DNA from: Octopus sinensis
Taxonomy: Eukaryota
Direction: 5' to 3'
DNA length: 64,000 nt
Assembly: GCF_006345805.1 (NCBI RefSeq)
Contig: NC_043021.1
Location: forward strand, 28,520,001 to 28,584,000
Shown here: one piece after another, positions 12,522 to 23,069 of the stretch
Position numbering within the stretch: the first letter of the stretch is position 1
Layout of the letters: the number at the start of each line of letters is the position of its first letter
Notes under the pieces: model-generated
Told to the model about the DNA's origin: nothing
Databases searched by the model: none
Seen by the model: the letters and a program-made list of their open reading frames with translations, nothing else
Made by a program: the position numbers and the translations under genes

Positions 12522-15260
12522 AGGGCGCGAATTGCTCGAGCCAAGTAAAATGTGTGAGGCCTCTGGACAGCATTTTGCCCGACTCTTCGGGACGAGTGGA
12601 GGGCAAGAACGTAGGGTGGACTTCAGTGCCTACCTACATAGCCTACCACGACTCTCGACAAGAAAGTCAGGGTGCTGCGAAGGTACCATCATGGCGGCGG
12701 AAGTGCAGGACGCGATGGCAGAATGCTCAAGGGACAAATCACCGGGTTTGGATGGTCTACCCTACGAGCTTTACAATTGTATGCCAGACTTGTTTGGAGA
12801 TCTCTTGGCGGCGGTGTACTGCTACTGGCAGCAAAACGGGAGCATTCCTGGTTTTGTGAGCCGAGGAGCCGTAACGCTGCTGAAGAAAGATCTAAACAAG
12901 GGAAATGTAATAGATAACTTTAGGCCCATCACTCTGCTTAATGCAGACTTGAAAATTTTGGCCAAGGTGCTAGCCAAGAGGTTGGCGCTTGTCATCGAGA
13001 AACTGGTCGACAAGGCGCAAACATGCGCCGTGCCAGGCCGGACCATCCATGACAGCCTCCACCTGATGCGCTACATCATAGACAGGGTAGTTAACGAACC
13101 TGGCATGGGTGGGGCGCTGATCAATTTGGATCAATCGAAAGCTTTCGATAGGGTAGACCATCGAAACTTGGAGGCGGTCCTCAGAGCGGCTGGCTTCGGT
13201 CCCGTCTTCCGTGGCTGGATAGCCGCTTTGTACAGAGGCATCCGTTCGGTAATTCGCGTGAATGGACATCTATCGAGACCCTTCGACATCGCACGTTCGG
13301 TCCGTCAGGGATGCCCCCTCTCGTCGCTTCTATACGTATTGACTCTCGAGCCATTATTGCGGAAGCTGGCAACTTTGAGGGGCATCCCGCGAGAACCGGG
13401 ATGCGGGACGAGCGTGTCTGCATACGCGGACGACGTCACCGTCATAGTGTCTAGCCACGAGCACATGGAGCAGGTCGGCGAGACACTGAAAAACTACGAA
13501 GCGGTGACAGGAGCGAAAATCAACCGGGAAAAGTCAGTGGGCTTGCGACTAGGCACCTGGAGAAGCAAGCCCATGCCGTCCACCAACGCCTCCGTCGTGG
13601 GACGCTTGACCGACTGCCCGGTTGAGTTGCTCGGGGTCTGGTTTGGTCCGGACCTCCAAGTGGAGAAGAACTGGAACGAAATAACGAGTAGGGTGGTCAC
13701 TCTCGCCCGGCAATGGGCCGAGAGGAAACTGTCCCTAAAAGGTCGGGCGGAGGTGGCGAATACGTACATCGCGTCCGTCATCTACTACCGCCTGACCGTC
13801 GTACCTTGTCCCGACCCTACCATCACCAAACTACAACACATTCTCTCTCGCTCCTTGTGGAAAGGATGCGTCCCGATGGTCAGGCGATCCATTTGCTGTC
13901 AACACCCGTTAAAAGGTGGGCTGGGCATGCCGTGGTTGATGATGCGCAGACACGCGCTGAGACTGCGACATCTCAGGCTCTATGTAGACGACGGTGAACA
14001 GGTGTGGTCGCCGTTTGTGAGGCACGCTTTCCCGCAGCTCGTCTCCATGACCGAACTGCAGTCGTGGATCAAAAAGAGGCCGAGGAAGGGCGAATGGCAC
14101 CGCGAGTGTCGCGTTGCTCTCAAGCAACTCTGCCGTCCTGGGTCGACCTTGAGTGACTTCAACACAACCAAAGCATTCTATAGCGGATTAGTGGAGGGGA
14201 GGTACGACGACGAGCTCGGGGCGAACCTGGACGTCGATGAGGAGTACCTGACCCGCCTGTTCAGGACGACTTTCGGGCCAGGGCCCATGGACAACTTCCA
14301 GAGATCCCTGACCTGGCAGTGTTACCGAGAAGCGCTACCCGTTCGGGATAAGCTCTACAGACACGGCTCGAGAAACACGGGGTCGACCTGCCCGAGATGC
14401 GGTCAGAGCGACGAAACCGTTCTGCACGCACTCGTGCAGTGTCCAACAATTTCCGACCTGTGGGCTTGTGTCGAACAACTGCTGTCACGTGTGGGACGAG
14501 TCGGTTTATCAGCTGAGTCTATCGTCAATATTGTCACGCCTCCTACCTTCAAACGGGAAGGAAGAGCTATTTTCATCATCCTTGTGGCTATGGCGAAAGA
14601 ATGTATCTGGTGGACGCGTCTGAAAGGATTGGAGACAAACACTTTCCTCTCTGGTCAATCTCTCATCAACTTCTTCAAGTACCACTTGAAAAGGAAAGTG
14701 AGAGTAGAGAGGCAAGTTTTGTCTAGCGAATGTTTTAAAAAAAGATGGGTGAATGTAGCAAGGATGGCTTGTATGAATGACGAAGCCACATTGAGCATAG
14801 TCCTATGAACCCAGAAATTGAAAACAGAGGGTTACCCACTTGCAAACAAATGTGGTAACATATAACAATATTGACCAAGGTTACCGCGGTCTTTTTCGTA
14901 GGCTTTTCTTCCCACGAATAAACCTTACTTGCTTTCCCCTTTACACCATATATCATAACACTGTGATACACGATCCCTATTGATCGTTTCTTTTTTTTTT
15001 TCGATTTTCCTCTTCCCCTTTTTTTCCCCTTTTTCTTCCTTTGTCATTTCTCTTTTCTTTTGTTCCTTTCCCTTTCTTTTTTTTCTTTTATTCTTTTTAT
15101 TTTTTATTCTTTTTTTTTTTTTTTTTTCTTTTCTTCCCTTTTACGATCCCTCTTGATCGAAAACCTACGCCACCCCCTTTTTTTTCATCCCCCAAAAGAA
15201 AAGCTCTACCTTGTAACTTGTCCCATCTGTGTGCAGCCCTGTGTGGCTAATAAAGAAACA

Positions 15261-15262
<2 letters not shown>
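12522..15262 (+). mobile_element. 5'-truncated Tx1 LINE (copy 2), same family as copy 1
   Basis: Starts agggcgcgaattgctcgag, equivalent to ~9840 of copy 1. It is ~90-95% identical by eye and has the same 3' end aataaagaaacata+(TCTA)n. Confidence 0.93.
12523..14808 (+). CDS. Uninterrupted RT + C-terminal CCHC part of Tx1 ORF2 (N-terminally truncated, no endonuclease)
   Basis: About 760 open codons containing KSPGLDGLPYELY, NFRPITLLNADLKILAK, DQSKAFDRVDH, VRQGCPLS, SAYADD and CPRCGQSDETVLHALVQC. The upstream LSIY repeats in the ORF track come from the microsatellite. Confidence 0.9.
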   Translation, partial: GRELLEPSKMCEASGQHFARLFGTSGGQERRVDFSAYLHSLPRLSTRKSGCCEGTIMAAEVQDAMAECSRDKSPGLDGLPYELYNCMPDLFGDLLAAVYCYWQQNGSIPGFVSRGAVTLLKKDLNKGNVIDNFRPITLLNADLKILAKVLAKRLALVIEKLVDKAQTCAVPGRTIHDSLHLMRYIIDRVVNEPGMGGALINLDQSKAFDRVDHRNLEAVLRAAGFGPVFRGWIAALYRGIRSVIRVNGHLSRPFDIARSVRQGCPLSSLLYVLTLEPLLRKLATLRGIPREPGCGTSVSAYADDVTVIVSSHEHMEQVGETLKNYEAVTGAKINREKSVGLRLGTWRSKPMPSTNASVVGRLTDCPVELLGVWFGPDLQVEKNWNEITSRVVTLARQWAERKLSLKGRAEVANTYIASVIYYRLTVVPCPDPTITKLQHILSRSLWKGCVPMVRRSICCQHPLKGGLGMPWLMMRRHALRLRHLRLYVDDGEQVWSPFVRHAFPQLVSMTELQSWIKKRPRKGEWHRECRVALKQLCRPGSTLSDFNTTKAFYSGLVEGRYDDELGANLDVDEEYLTRLFRTTFGPGPMDNFQRSLTWQCYREALPVRDKLYRHGSRNTGSTCPRCGQSDETVLHALVQCPTISDLWACVEQLLSRVGRVGLSAESIVNIVTPPTFKREGRAIFIILVAMAKECIWWTRLKGLETNTFLSGQSLINFFKYHLKRKVRVERQVLSSECFKKRWVNVARMACMNDEATLSIVL

Positions 15263-15335
<73 letters not shown>

Positions 15336-15345
15336 TTATCTATCA

Positions 15346-15404
<59 letters not shown>

Positions 15405-15405
15405 A

Positions 15406-15438
<33 letters not shown>

Positions 15439-15456
15439 GCTGTCTGTCTCTGTCTG

Positions 15457-15528
<72 letters not shown>

Positions 15529-15532
15529 ACTG

Positions 15533-15613
<81 letters not shown>
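15263..15613 (+). repeat. (TCTA)n tail/target array 3' of Tx1 copy 2
   Basis: Direct reading. Confidence 0.95.
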
Positions 15614-15615
<2 letters not shown>

Positions 15616-16721
15616 AACTGTCTGCCTTGAACTTATCCATATTTCTATCTCTCTACATCATGACATAATATCAAAGAATGCTTTGAACAAATCAGTACTA
15701 AAATTATCTGCTAACTCCATTTTTATATGCGCCATTGTAAACATCTTATGGATATTTGTGGATCTTCAGATTATTCGAGTGGTAAAGTGAGACATATCCC
15801 CATTTTTACCTTTTCTGGTACCTACATCACACACACACACACACATGAATCTCTATTGATTCAGCAGAAGCGATAAATTATTAGACTTAATAAAAATGCA
15901 AAGTATTTCTTTTATATGCAATATAACTGAAAAGCTGCGATTTTCAATACTTCGTCTTGTGCTAGATTTCAATCACTGGATGGTAAACCGAGCCTGGATT
16001 CCGTTAGAATGGTTCACTATCTGAATAGTTTTTGAAATATGAAATGAAAAATGCAGAAAACCAGGTTCGGTTTCCCACCTGATGATAGGAAACGGGTACT
16101 GGAAATCAGTGCATTTTAGTTATTATGTATGCATGTATGTACGCATGTATGCATGTATGTATGTATCCATATATAACGAATAACCATAGGATTACACCTA
16201 GAAAGTACTCCACCGCGGCATAAGTACGGGCAAGTTTTTGTGGAAGACAAGCAGTTGCCCATATATATCAGTCTCCCCTCTCCATACCACTGATAGTATC
16301 CAAGGATAAGGCAAAAGGGGCCAATACAGCTTGGCACCAGCGACGTGGCAATTCATTTCTGGAGCAACGGAAAATAAAAACATGTCACCCCCCCTACACA
16401 CGCAACACACACACATGCACGCACACAAACATATATGTATGTACACCCACACGCACACGATTGTAAGCCGGACACTCTGATCGATGCTCCTTTACATACA
16501 CACACACTCGCACGCCCACACACACACAAACACACACACATATATTGTAAAACATTCCATAAAAGACAAAGGAAATTCTCCAGCCTCGCCTTTGAGTGCC
16601 CTGCATTTTATAGAAGAATCCGTTGTAAGTTAGTGCAGTTCATTTCATAATTTCCCGTTCCCTTGTCATATATTTAGTCTTATATTAGACCAGAACTCAA
16701 CAAATATCTTATTCTGGAGTA

Positions 16722-17587
16722 CACGAAGAGGTAACAACTAATTCCAGGACTAGTTATGTTTAATAAAAAAATTAACTTGTTTATCTAAGTTTTAAAAATT
16801 ATCTCCTTTAAAGTAATCAGCAATACACCGGTTCCTACGATCTTACCAGTTTTGCAATCCGGGCTGGAAGTCGTGTTCCGAAAGCTTTTCGAGGAACTTC
16901 TGCGAGTGGCTCTGGATCTTGACAACAGTATTAACACGGTGAGTTTTCAGCTGCATTTTCATCTTGGAGAAGAGATGCAAGTCTGCAGGGGCTAGATCTG
17001 GCGAAGTGGAAGGGTGCGAAGTCGATAACATGTTGTTTTTGGCGAGAAGAGATCGGTGACGGTGCATCGTCGTCGTGAAGAATTTAATTCTTCGTGCCCC
17101 GCAGATCCGGTCGCTTTCTTCGGATGTTCTCGTTCAAACGCTTCAAAACGTCGCACCAGAAGTCTCGAGGGACGGCTTGGGCGTGGGGGACTAATTCCTT
17201 AATGCAAAATTCCACATTTTGGGGGGTGACGATCATGGCAGGTTTTGCATATCGCTCATCGTCTTCTAGGGATGTTCTTCCACTTTTGGAGCGACGGTGA
17301 CACATGAAACATTGCATACGACTCATGCCCTGATCGCCTAAGATTGCCAATGCACACTCAATGTGTCTGAAGCAGACTCCACATGTTTAACGCAATATTT
17401 CACTCGCAGATTACAGCATTACACATGGTCACAAAAACACAAATCTCGCGATGTGAACACAGCAATGTCTCTCGGCAACACTGCCTTATGAAGACCACTA
17501 CTAGCTCACACTGTGTGCACGCAACCATGTGTTGTTATCTGTTTATGGTCTACAGAACCAGTCCGAGAACATTTTCATACTACCTCG
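16722..17587 (-). mobile_element. Internally deleted, decayed mariner (DD34D-type) element
   Basis: Peptides GRTSLEDDER..P and ELVP.AQAV.RDFWCDVLKRLNENIRRKRPDL, then LAKNNM...HPSTSPDLAPADLHLFSKMKMQLK (YSPDLAP motif). Degenerate TIRs are cgaggtagtatgaaaatgttctcggact (17560-17587, -) and cgaagaggtaacaactaattccaggact (~16722). Confidence 0.8.
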
Positions 17588-17656
17588 TTTGTATATTTTG
17601 TTGTAACACTAGACATCGCTAAACCTAAGCAAACACACACACACACACACACTTAT

Positions 17657-17712
<56 letters not shown>

Positions 17713-17740
17713 GTGTGTGTGTGTGTGTGTAGACACACAA

Positions 17741-17989
17741 TAGCGGAAGGATTAAAATTAATCAAAGGACATACTAGGTATACTAACTGCTGGAAATAAC
17801 AGTCAAAACTCTTATTTAAATCACCGAGGAAAACATGATAACTACAGTAATTAACCATCTGCGGGCCGACGGTTAATTTCTGTTGTTGTCATCAGTTTTT
17901 GTCAGCGATTTAAATAAGTGTTGTGACTGTTATTTCGAGCAGGTAGACATTCTTAGTATGTCCTTCGGTTAATTTTAATCCTTCAGCTA
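17741..17989. mobile_element. Palindromic MITE (~250 bp), TA-flanked
   Basis: tagcggaaggattaaaattaatcaaaggacatact at the left end matches the reverse complement of agtatgtccttcggttaattttaatccttcagcta at the right. The inner arms also pair, with a central aattaacc...ggttaatt hairpin. Confidence 0.8.
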
Positions 17990-18368
17990 TTTAATGCTTT
18001 TTGCGGGGCCTGCAATCACCTATATTATCAATTCTGTTATTATCATTTTTTAATTGTTACACTAGATAACAACGGAGTCAGTAATATCTACGCAAATGTT
18101 TTCTCCTGAATTATTTGCTTCACATACATATATCAATGTTTGTTTTATGTTAGGTTGCAATGCAAAGTAAATTTTAAACTAAACTTAAGGATTTTTGTAG
18201 AGTAGAAATATACTTTTCTTTAACAAGAATGGAATTGGCATTCCGATGATGGTTTTATAGGACCGAGATTTCGAAGTCAATATCAATACCATTCTTAATA
18301 AAAAGTAATATACTATACACTCTCACCCACATATGAACATTTAAGTATATACACATATATACATATTT

Positions 18369-18588
18369 CTTTACTACCCACAAGGGGCTAAACACAGAGA
18401 GGAAAAATAAGGACAGATAAACAGATTAAGTCGATTATATCGACCCCAGTGCATAACTGGTACTTATTTAATCGACCCCGAAAGGATGAAAGGCTAAGTC
18501 GAATTCGGCGGAATTTGAACTCAGAAAGTAGCGGCAGACGAAATACCGCTAAGCATTTCGTCCGGCGTGCTGACGATTCTGCCAGCTA
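18369..18588 (-). mobile_element. Abundant tRNA-headed SINE (family B)
   Basis: Reverse complement reads agctggcagaatcgtcagcacgccggacgaaatgcttagcggtatttcg...ctgagttcaaattccgccgaattcgac...cctttcatcctttcggggtcgat...aagtaccag. Confidence 0.8.
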
Positions 18589-18710
18589 CACATGCATTCA
18601 CACGTTCACACACAGATAAATATATGATACATACATCCACTCCCACCTACTGCCACACGCACACACACACACTCACAGGTTTATAAGTGCGTGTGTGTGT
18701 GTGCGTGTAT

Positions 18711-18847
18711 GTATACAGTTATATGTATATTCTTCAGTGCACTGTTTTTGTTAGCACAGCTCAAGTGAGACCTTGGTATTGCCTGTGTATATATGTTTGT
18801 ATGAGAATGTGCTACTTATACACTGTGACGGTATGGTTTGTGTATAT
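18711..18847 (+). repeat. ~136-bp direct repeat, copy 1 (copy 2 at 21244-21380)
   Basis: gtatacag.tatatgtatattcttcagtgcactgtttttg.tagcacagctca.gtgagaccttggtattgc...acggtatggtttgtgtatat; about 5 mismatches. Confidence 0.9.
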
Positions 18848-19360
18848 AAGCAACAAGCATTCTAAGTTCAATCTTCTAAAAAAAAATCAGATTATAATGT
18901 ATTTTAAAAAAATCTGCTCCTCTTGTACATTTTCACACTGCATTTGCCCAAAAGCTGCTGTTGTTTTTCTTCAGCTTTCAATCATATTTTGATATCATCA
19001 GCTTTTTTATGACTTCATCTTTAAAGCTTAGACTTACTTCTATGTCACAGCTGCCTGTCTGTGTAACGCTGATTTCGATGTTACTTCAATATTGCTTTAG
19101 AAATTATAACTTAAATGAAATGAGAAAAAAAAATTCATGCAGTTCAAAAAAACAAATTTATGAAAATTTTCTCCACTTATTTTCCATTATTCAAAAAATC
19201 TTATAAAGTAAGCTTCAGAAGTAATCAAACTTCTATAGACTTCTCTATAAGGCATTAAACATTTTAAAGTTATTTCACTATTTACTTATCCCAGTATTTT
19301 TTATGAATGCTGGACTGATGCCAAAATTTGGAATCAATATTTCTTATGAATAAATCACCG

Positions 19361-19735
19361 AGATGGCAGGATCATTAGACATTTCATCCGACTTTACGTA
19401 CTGAGTTCAAATTCCACAGAGGTCGGCTTTGCCTTTCATCCTTTCGAGGGCGATAAAATAAGCACCAGTTGAACAGTAGAGTCTATGTAATTAAATTGCC
19501 CTTCCCCTAATATTGTTGGGCTCGTGCCAAAATTTCAAATCGATTTTTCTTATGGATAAGTTGGTAAGCTGGCAGAATCCTTATGGCACTGGCAAAATGC
19601 TTAGCAATATTTCTTCCAACTTTACGGTCTCGGTTTAAATGCCTCGGGAGTCGACTATGCCTTTCATCCTTTTGGGGTCGATAAAATAAGTACCAGATAA
19701 GCACTGGGGTCCATGCAATCAACTCAGCCGTTCCT
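19361..19735 (+). mobile_element. Two tandem family-B SINE copies (19361-19530, 19565-19735)
   Basis: Each has the ...ggcaga/g atc...gagttcaaatt/ggtttaaatg...cctttcatcctt..ggg.cgataaaataag.accag pattern. Confidence 0.7.
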
Positions 19736-19859
19736 CTGAAAGTTTTCGTTTCTTGTCAGATTTAACTCATGAAAGGAGTCAGATAAAGCTTTGGTCAATT
19801 GAATTGGCATTAAAATTCCACTGGGTGTTTGAAAACACATTCGAAGTATAACTATTGTC

Positions 19860-20500
19860 TAGAAAGAAGTTTCAAATAAATCCACATATGCAACTTGCAG
19901 TCATTTGAAGTAAAGATAAATTTGAATTAGAACTTTTCTCCACACCACAAGAAACTTTCCGGTGGGGCTACGACTAATGACGAGCAAAGAGACGCAAAAA
20001 ATAGTCTACTAAAGATTCTGAGCCGATATTTTGATGAAAATGTGCAGTTAGCGAGTCTTGAGATACGTATTTCGAAATCAAGCGTCCATCGCATTTTAAA
20101 GGTGCTGTTATTGGGAAAGTTCCGTTGCAGGAATAGTCCAAGCTGTCAATAAAATTGATCTACAAAGAAGAGTGGAATTTTGTGAGTGGTGCATAGAAAG
20201 TGTGTGGGAGAAACACACACTTGAACCGAGATTGTTTGGAATGATGAGGATAGATTTAAGTTGAATGGCTCAATTTAGAGTCACAATTTAGAGTCACTGA
20301 GGATTCCAGTATGAGAGAACATCACGTTAATTTACTAGGAGTTATGCTATGGTTAGATATTTAATCAAAAGGATTAATTTACTCTTTTTACTCTATTGTG
20401 ACTGGTCTCGTACTTAAACTTCCTGCAAAAATCTGTCTTGCCTAGTTTTCAAGAGGATTTCGAAATGTGAGGTTTTATTTCCGGCAACCAAACAACCAAA
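19860..20500 (+). mobile_element. Highly decayed Tc1/mariner-superfamily transposase
   Basis: Fragments ISKSSVHRILK, DLQRRVEFCEWC, IVWNDEDRFKLNG, HHVNLLGVMLW and TVTG. Confidence 0.6.
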
Positions 20501-20887
20501 GATATGTAGGGGGATCACCTTGATGTGGTTTTGTCAAAACAGTTTGATTTAACAAAGAGGTTCAATAGAATACCATTCGTGTTCATCAACATAAGTGTGT
20601 ATATGTTTATGTAAACGTATATGTATAAAGATATATATGCGTTAATATCAGGTCATTTTCTCTCTATATATATACAAACACGTACACACAAACATGCACA
20701 GAGAAATACGCAACAGTTATCTGAAACATGCCTTCCACCCCCATTCTTCCTAAGGCCAAGGCTCCTTCCGTAAAATTACCTTCACCCCCGTTTTTTTTCC
20801 ATTTCTCTCATTGTCTTGGATTCTGTCACTTTCCATTTACAGGTAAATCTTTGTCGTTTTACTTTTTATTTTTTCATATACCCACCT

Positions 20888-21200
20888 CTATGTATGTATG
20901 TATGTGTGTATGTATGTATGTATGTATGTATGTATGTATGTATGTATGTATGTATGTATGTATGTATGTATGTATATATGCATGCATGTATGCATGTATG
21001 TATGTATGTATGTGTGTATGTATGTATGTATGTATGTATGTATGTATGTATGTATGTATATATGCATGTATGTATGTATGTATGTATGTATGTGTGTATG
21101 TATGTATGTATGTATGTATGTATGTGTGTATGCATGTATGTGTGTATGTATGTATGTATGCATGCATGTATGTATGTATGTATGTAAGTATGTATGTATG

Positions 21201-21231
<31 letters not shown>

Positions 21232-21246
21232 GTATGTATGTATGTA
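20888..21246 (+). repeat. (TATG)n tetranucleotide array
   Basis: Direct reading. Confidence 0.95.
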
Positions 21247-21380
21247 TACAGGTATATGTATATTCTTCAGTGCACTGTTTTTGCTAGCACAGCTCAGGTG
21301 AGACCTTGGTATTGCTTGTCTATATATGTTTGTATGAGAATGTGCTACTTATACACTGTGACGGTATGGTTTGTGTATAT
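21244..21380 (+). repeat. ~136-bp direct repeat, copy 2
   Basis: See 18711-18847. Confidence 0.9.
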
Positions 21381-22748
21381 GAAAAAGAAACATTCTGTAT
21401 GTATGTATGTGTGTATGTATCTGTGTATGTATATATATATATATATTTGCATAAAGTTTTACCTAAATCTACTTTTTCTGGAAAGAACTTCTTTCCTTCA
21501 AACTCATTTCTTCATTTCTTACATATGTTTATGCTCTTTCCGATATATATACGCGCACACACACACACGCACACACACACACACGCACACACACACACAC
21601 CACACACACACACACACGTATATGTATATCATCTTGGCGTCGTTCACTTGCTTAAGTTTTTTAAGTGACAAAATATGGATTGTCTCCCTTTACATTTTTC
21701 CCCCTTTTAACAGAATTTGGATTTTATAACTTAACATTGGTCGTAATTATACATGTGATTTGATTTGCAAAATTTATTAATTTACCCTATATCTTGCATG
21801 CATACAATATATCTTGTATATATCTTGCAATATTTATATCTTGTATCTTGGAACGACTACGTTATTATTATCTTTTTCTAGATTTGAAAGCATACACGAA
21901 ACGATAAATTTTCTGCTATATGTAATTTGATAGTATCAGTCAAGCTGCAGTTATGACTCTAAACAACTGAACAGTAATTCTCAGTATTTATACGTCTATT
22001 GTGTTGCATATTCCGAAATACATCATTGGCTAAATAAGATGTGACAATATATCCATTGCGTTCGAAGACATGTAATTATATTCCTTGATGAATATAGAAG
22101 AATTCAGACAATATTCTTATGTTGACATCCGGAATTATTATGTATCGGCAAGATTCTATATCATCTTACATTTTCTATTTTCATATTCTGTTTCAGCATA
22201 AGAAAGATTAAGAAGCACCAATCATAGACATGCAGGCTTGGCTTTGCAGTTAAGAAGCTGGCGTTGTAAATATATGGTTTCAAGTCTGAGCTCAAATTCA
22301 GTCCCAATATAAAGTAATGTGGGAAAGTGCCTTCCCCTAATGCCTCTTGGCGACAAATGACATATGACATATATATAATATAATATATAATATAATATAA
22401 TATAATATAATATAATATAATATGATATAATATAATATAATGATATAATTAATATAATATAATGATTTTACAGGAAGTGTGGTGACGATGACCTCGAAGC
22501 TTCGGCCTCCTGGTTTTCGTCAGACTAAGCTCCCTGACCAAAACTTCCAATTCACTATGACCATTTCTCTGGTAAAAGTAAAATATATATATTCTCCACA
22601 ATGTATTCATTCTCCAGGTTACAGAATAATTGATTTTATCATAAGTTGGCTTCAAAATAATCATTAAAATGTGTGTGCATGTGTCTGTATGTGTGTGTTG
22701 TGTGTCTGTATGTGTATTGTGTGTCGTGTGTGCATACCTGTGTGTGTG

Positions 22749-22779
<31 letters not shown>

Positions 22780-23069
22780 ATCGTTTTGATTCTCTTGCCG
22801 ATGTCCCTTTGTGTACATATCCCTAACTTGAATGCAACGTAAGGCAAATAAATTTTGAACGCGGAGATAACAGGCAACAGGCAACAACGATACGATGCTC
22901 TTTGCAAACGACAAGACGACTCGTGTAACTATATCCGGAGATCGAAAGACAACGGAAAATACAATCGGAATCGTGGAGTAAGACAAACAGCTTAGTTGCT
23001 AGAGTGGTGGAGGTGAGTGCAATATGGGGCTTTCTACCCAGAAGAATATGAAAAACAGAGAAGGATATT

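Noticed and set aside
16074-16103. CTGATGA-tag-GAAA hammerhead-like motif
   Set aside because: There is no stem II and stem I does not pair (ccac vs ctgg).
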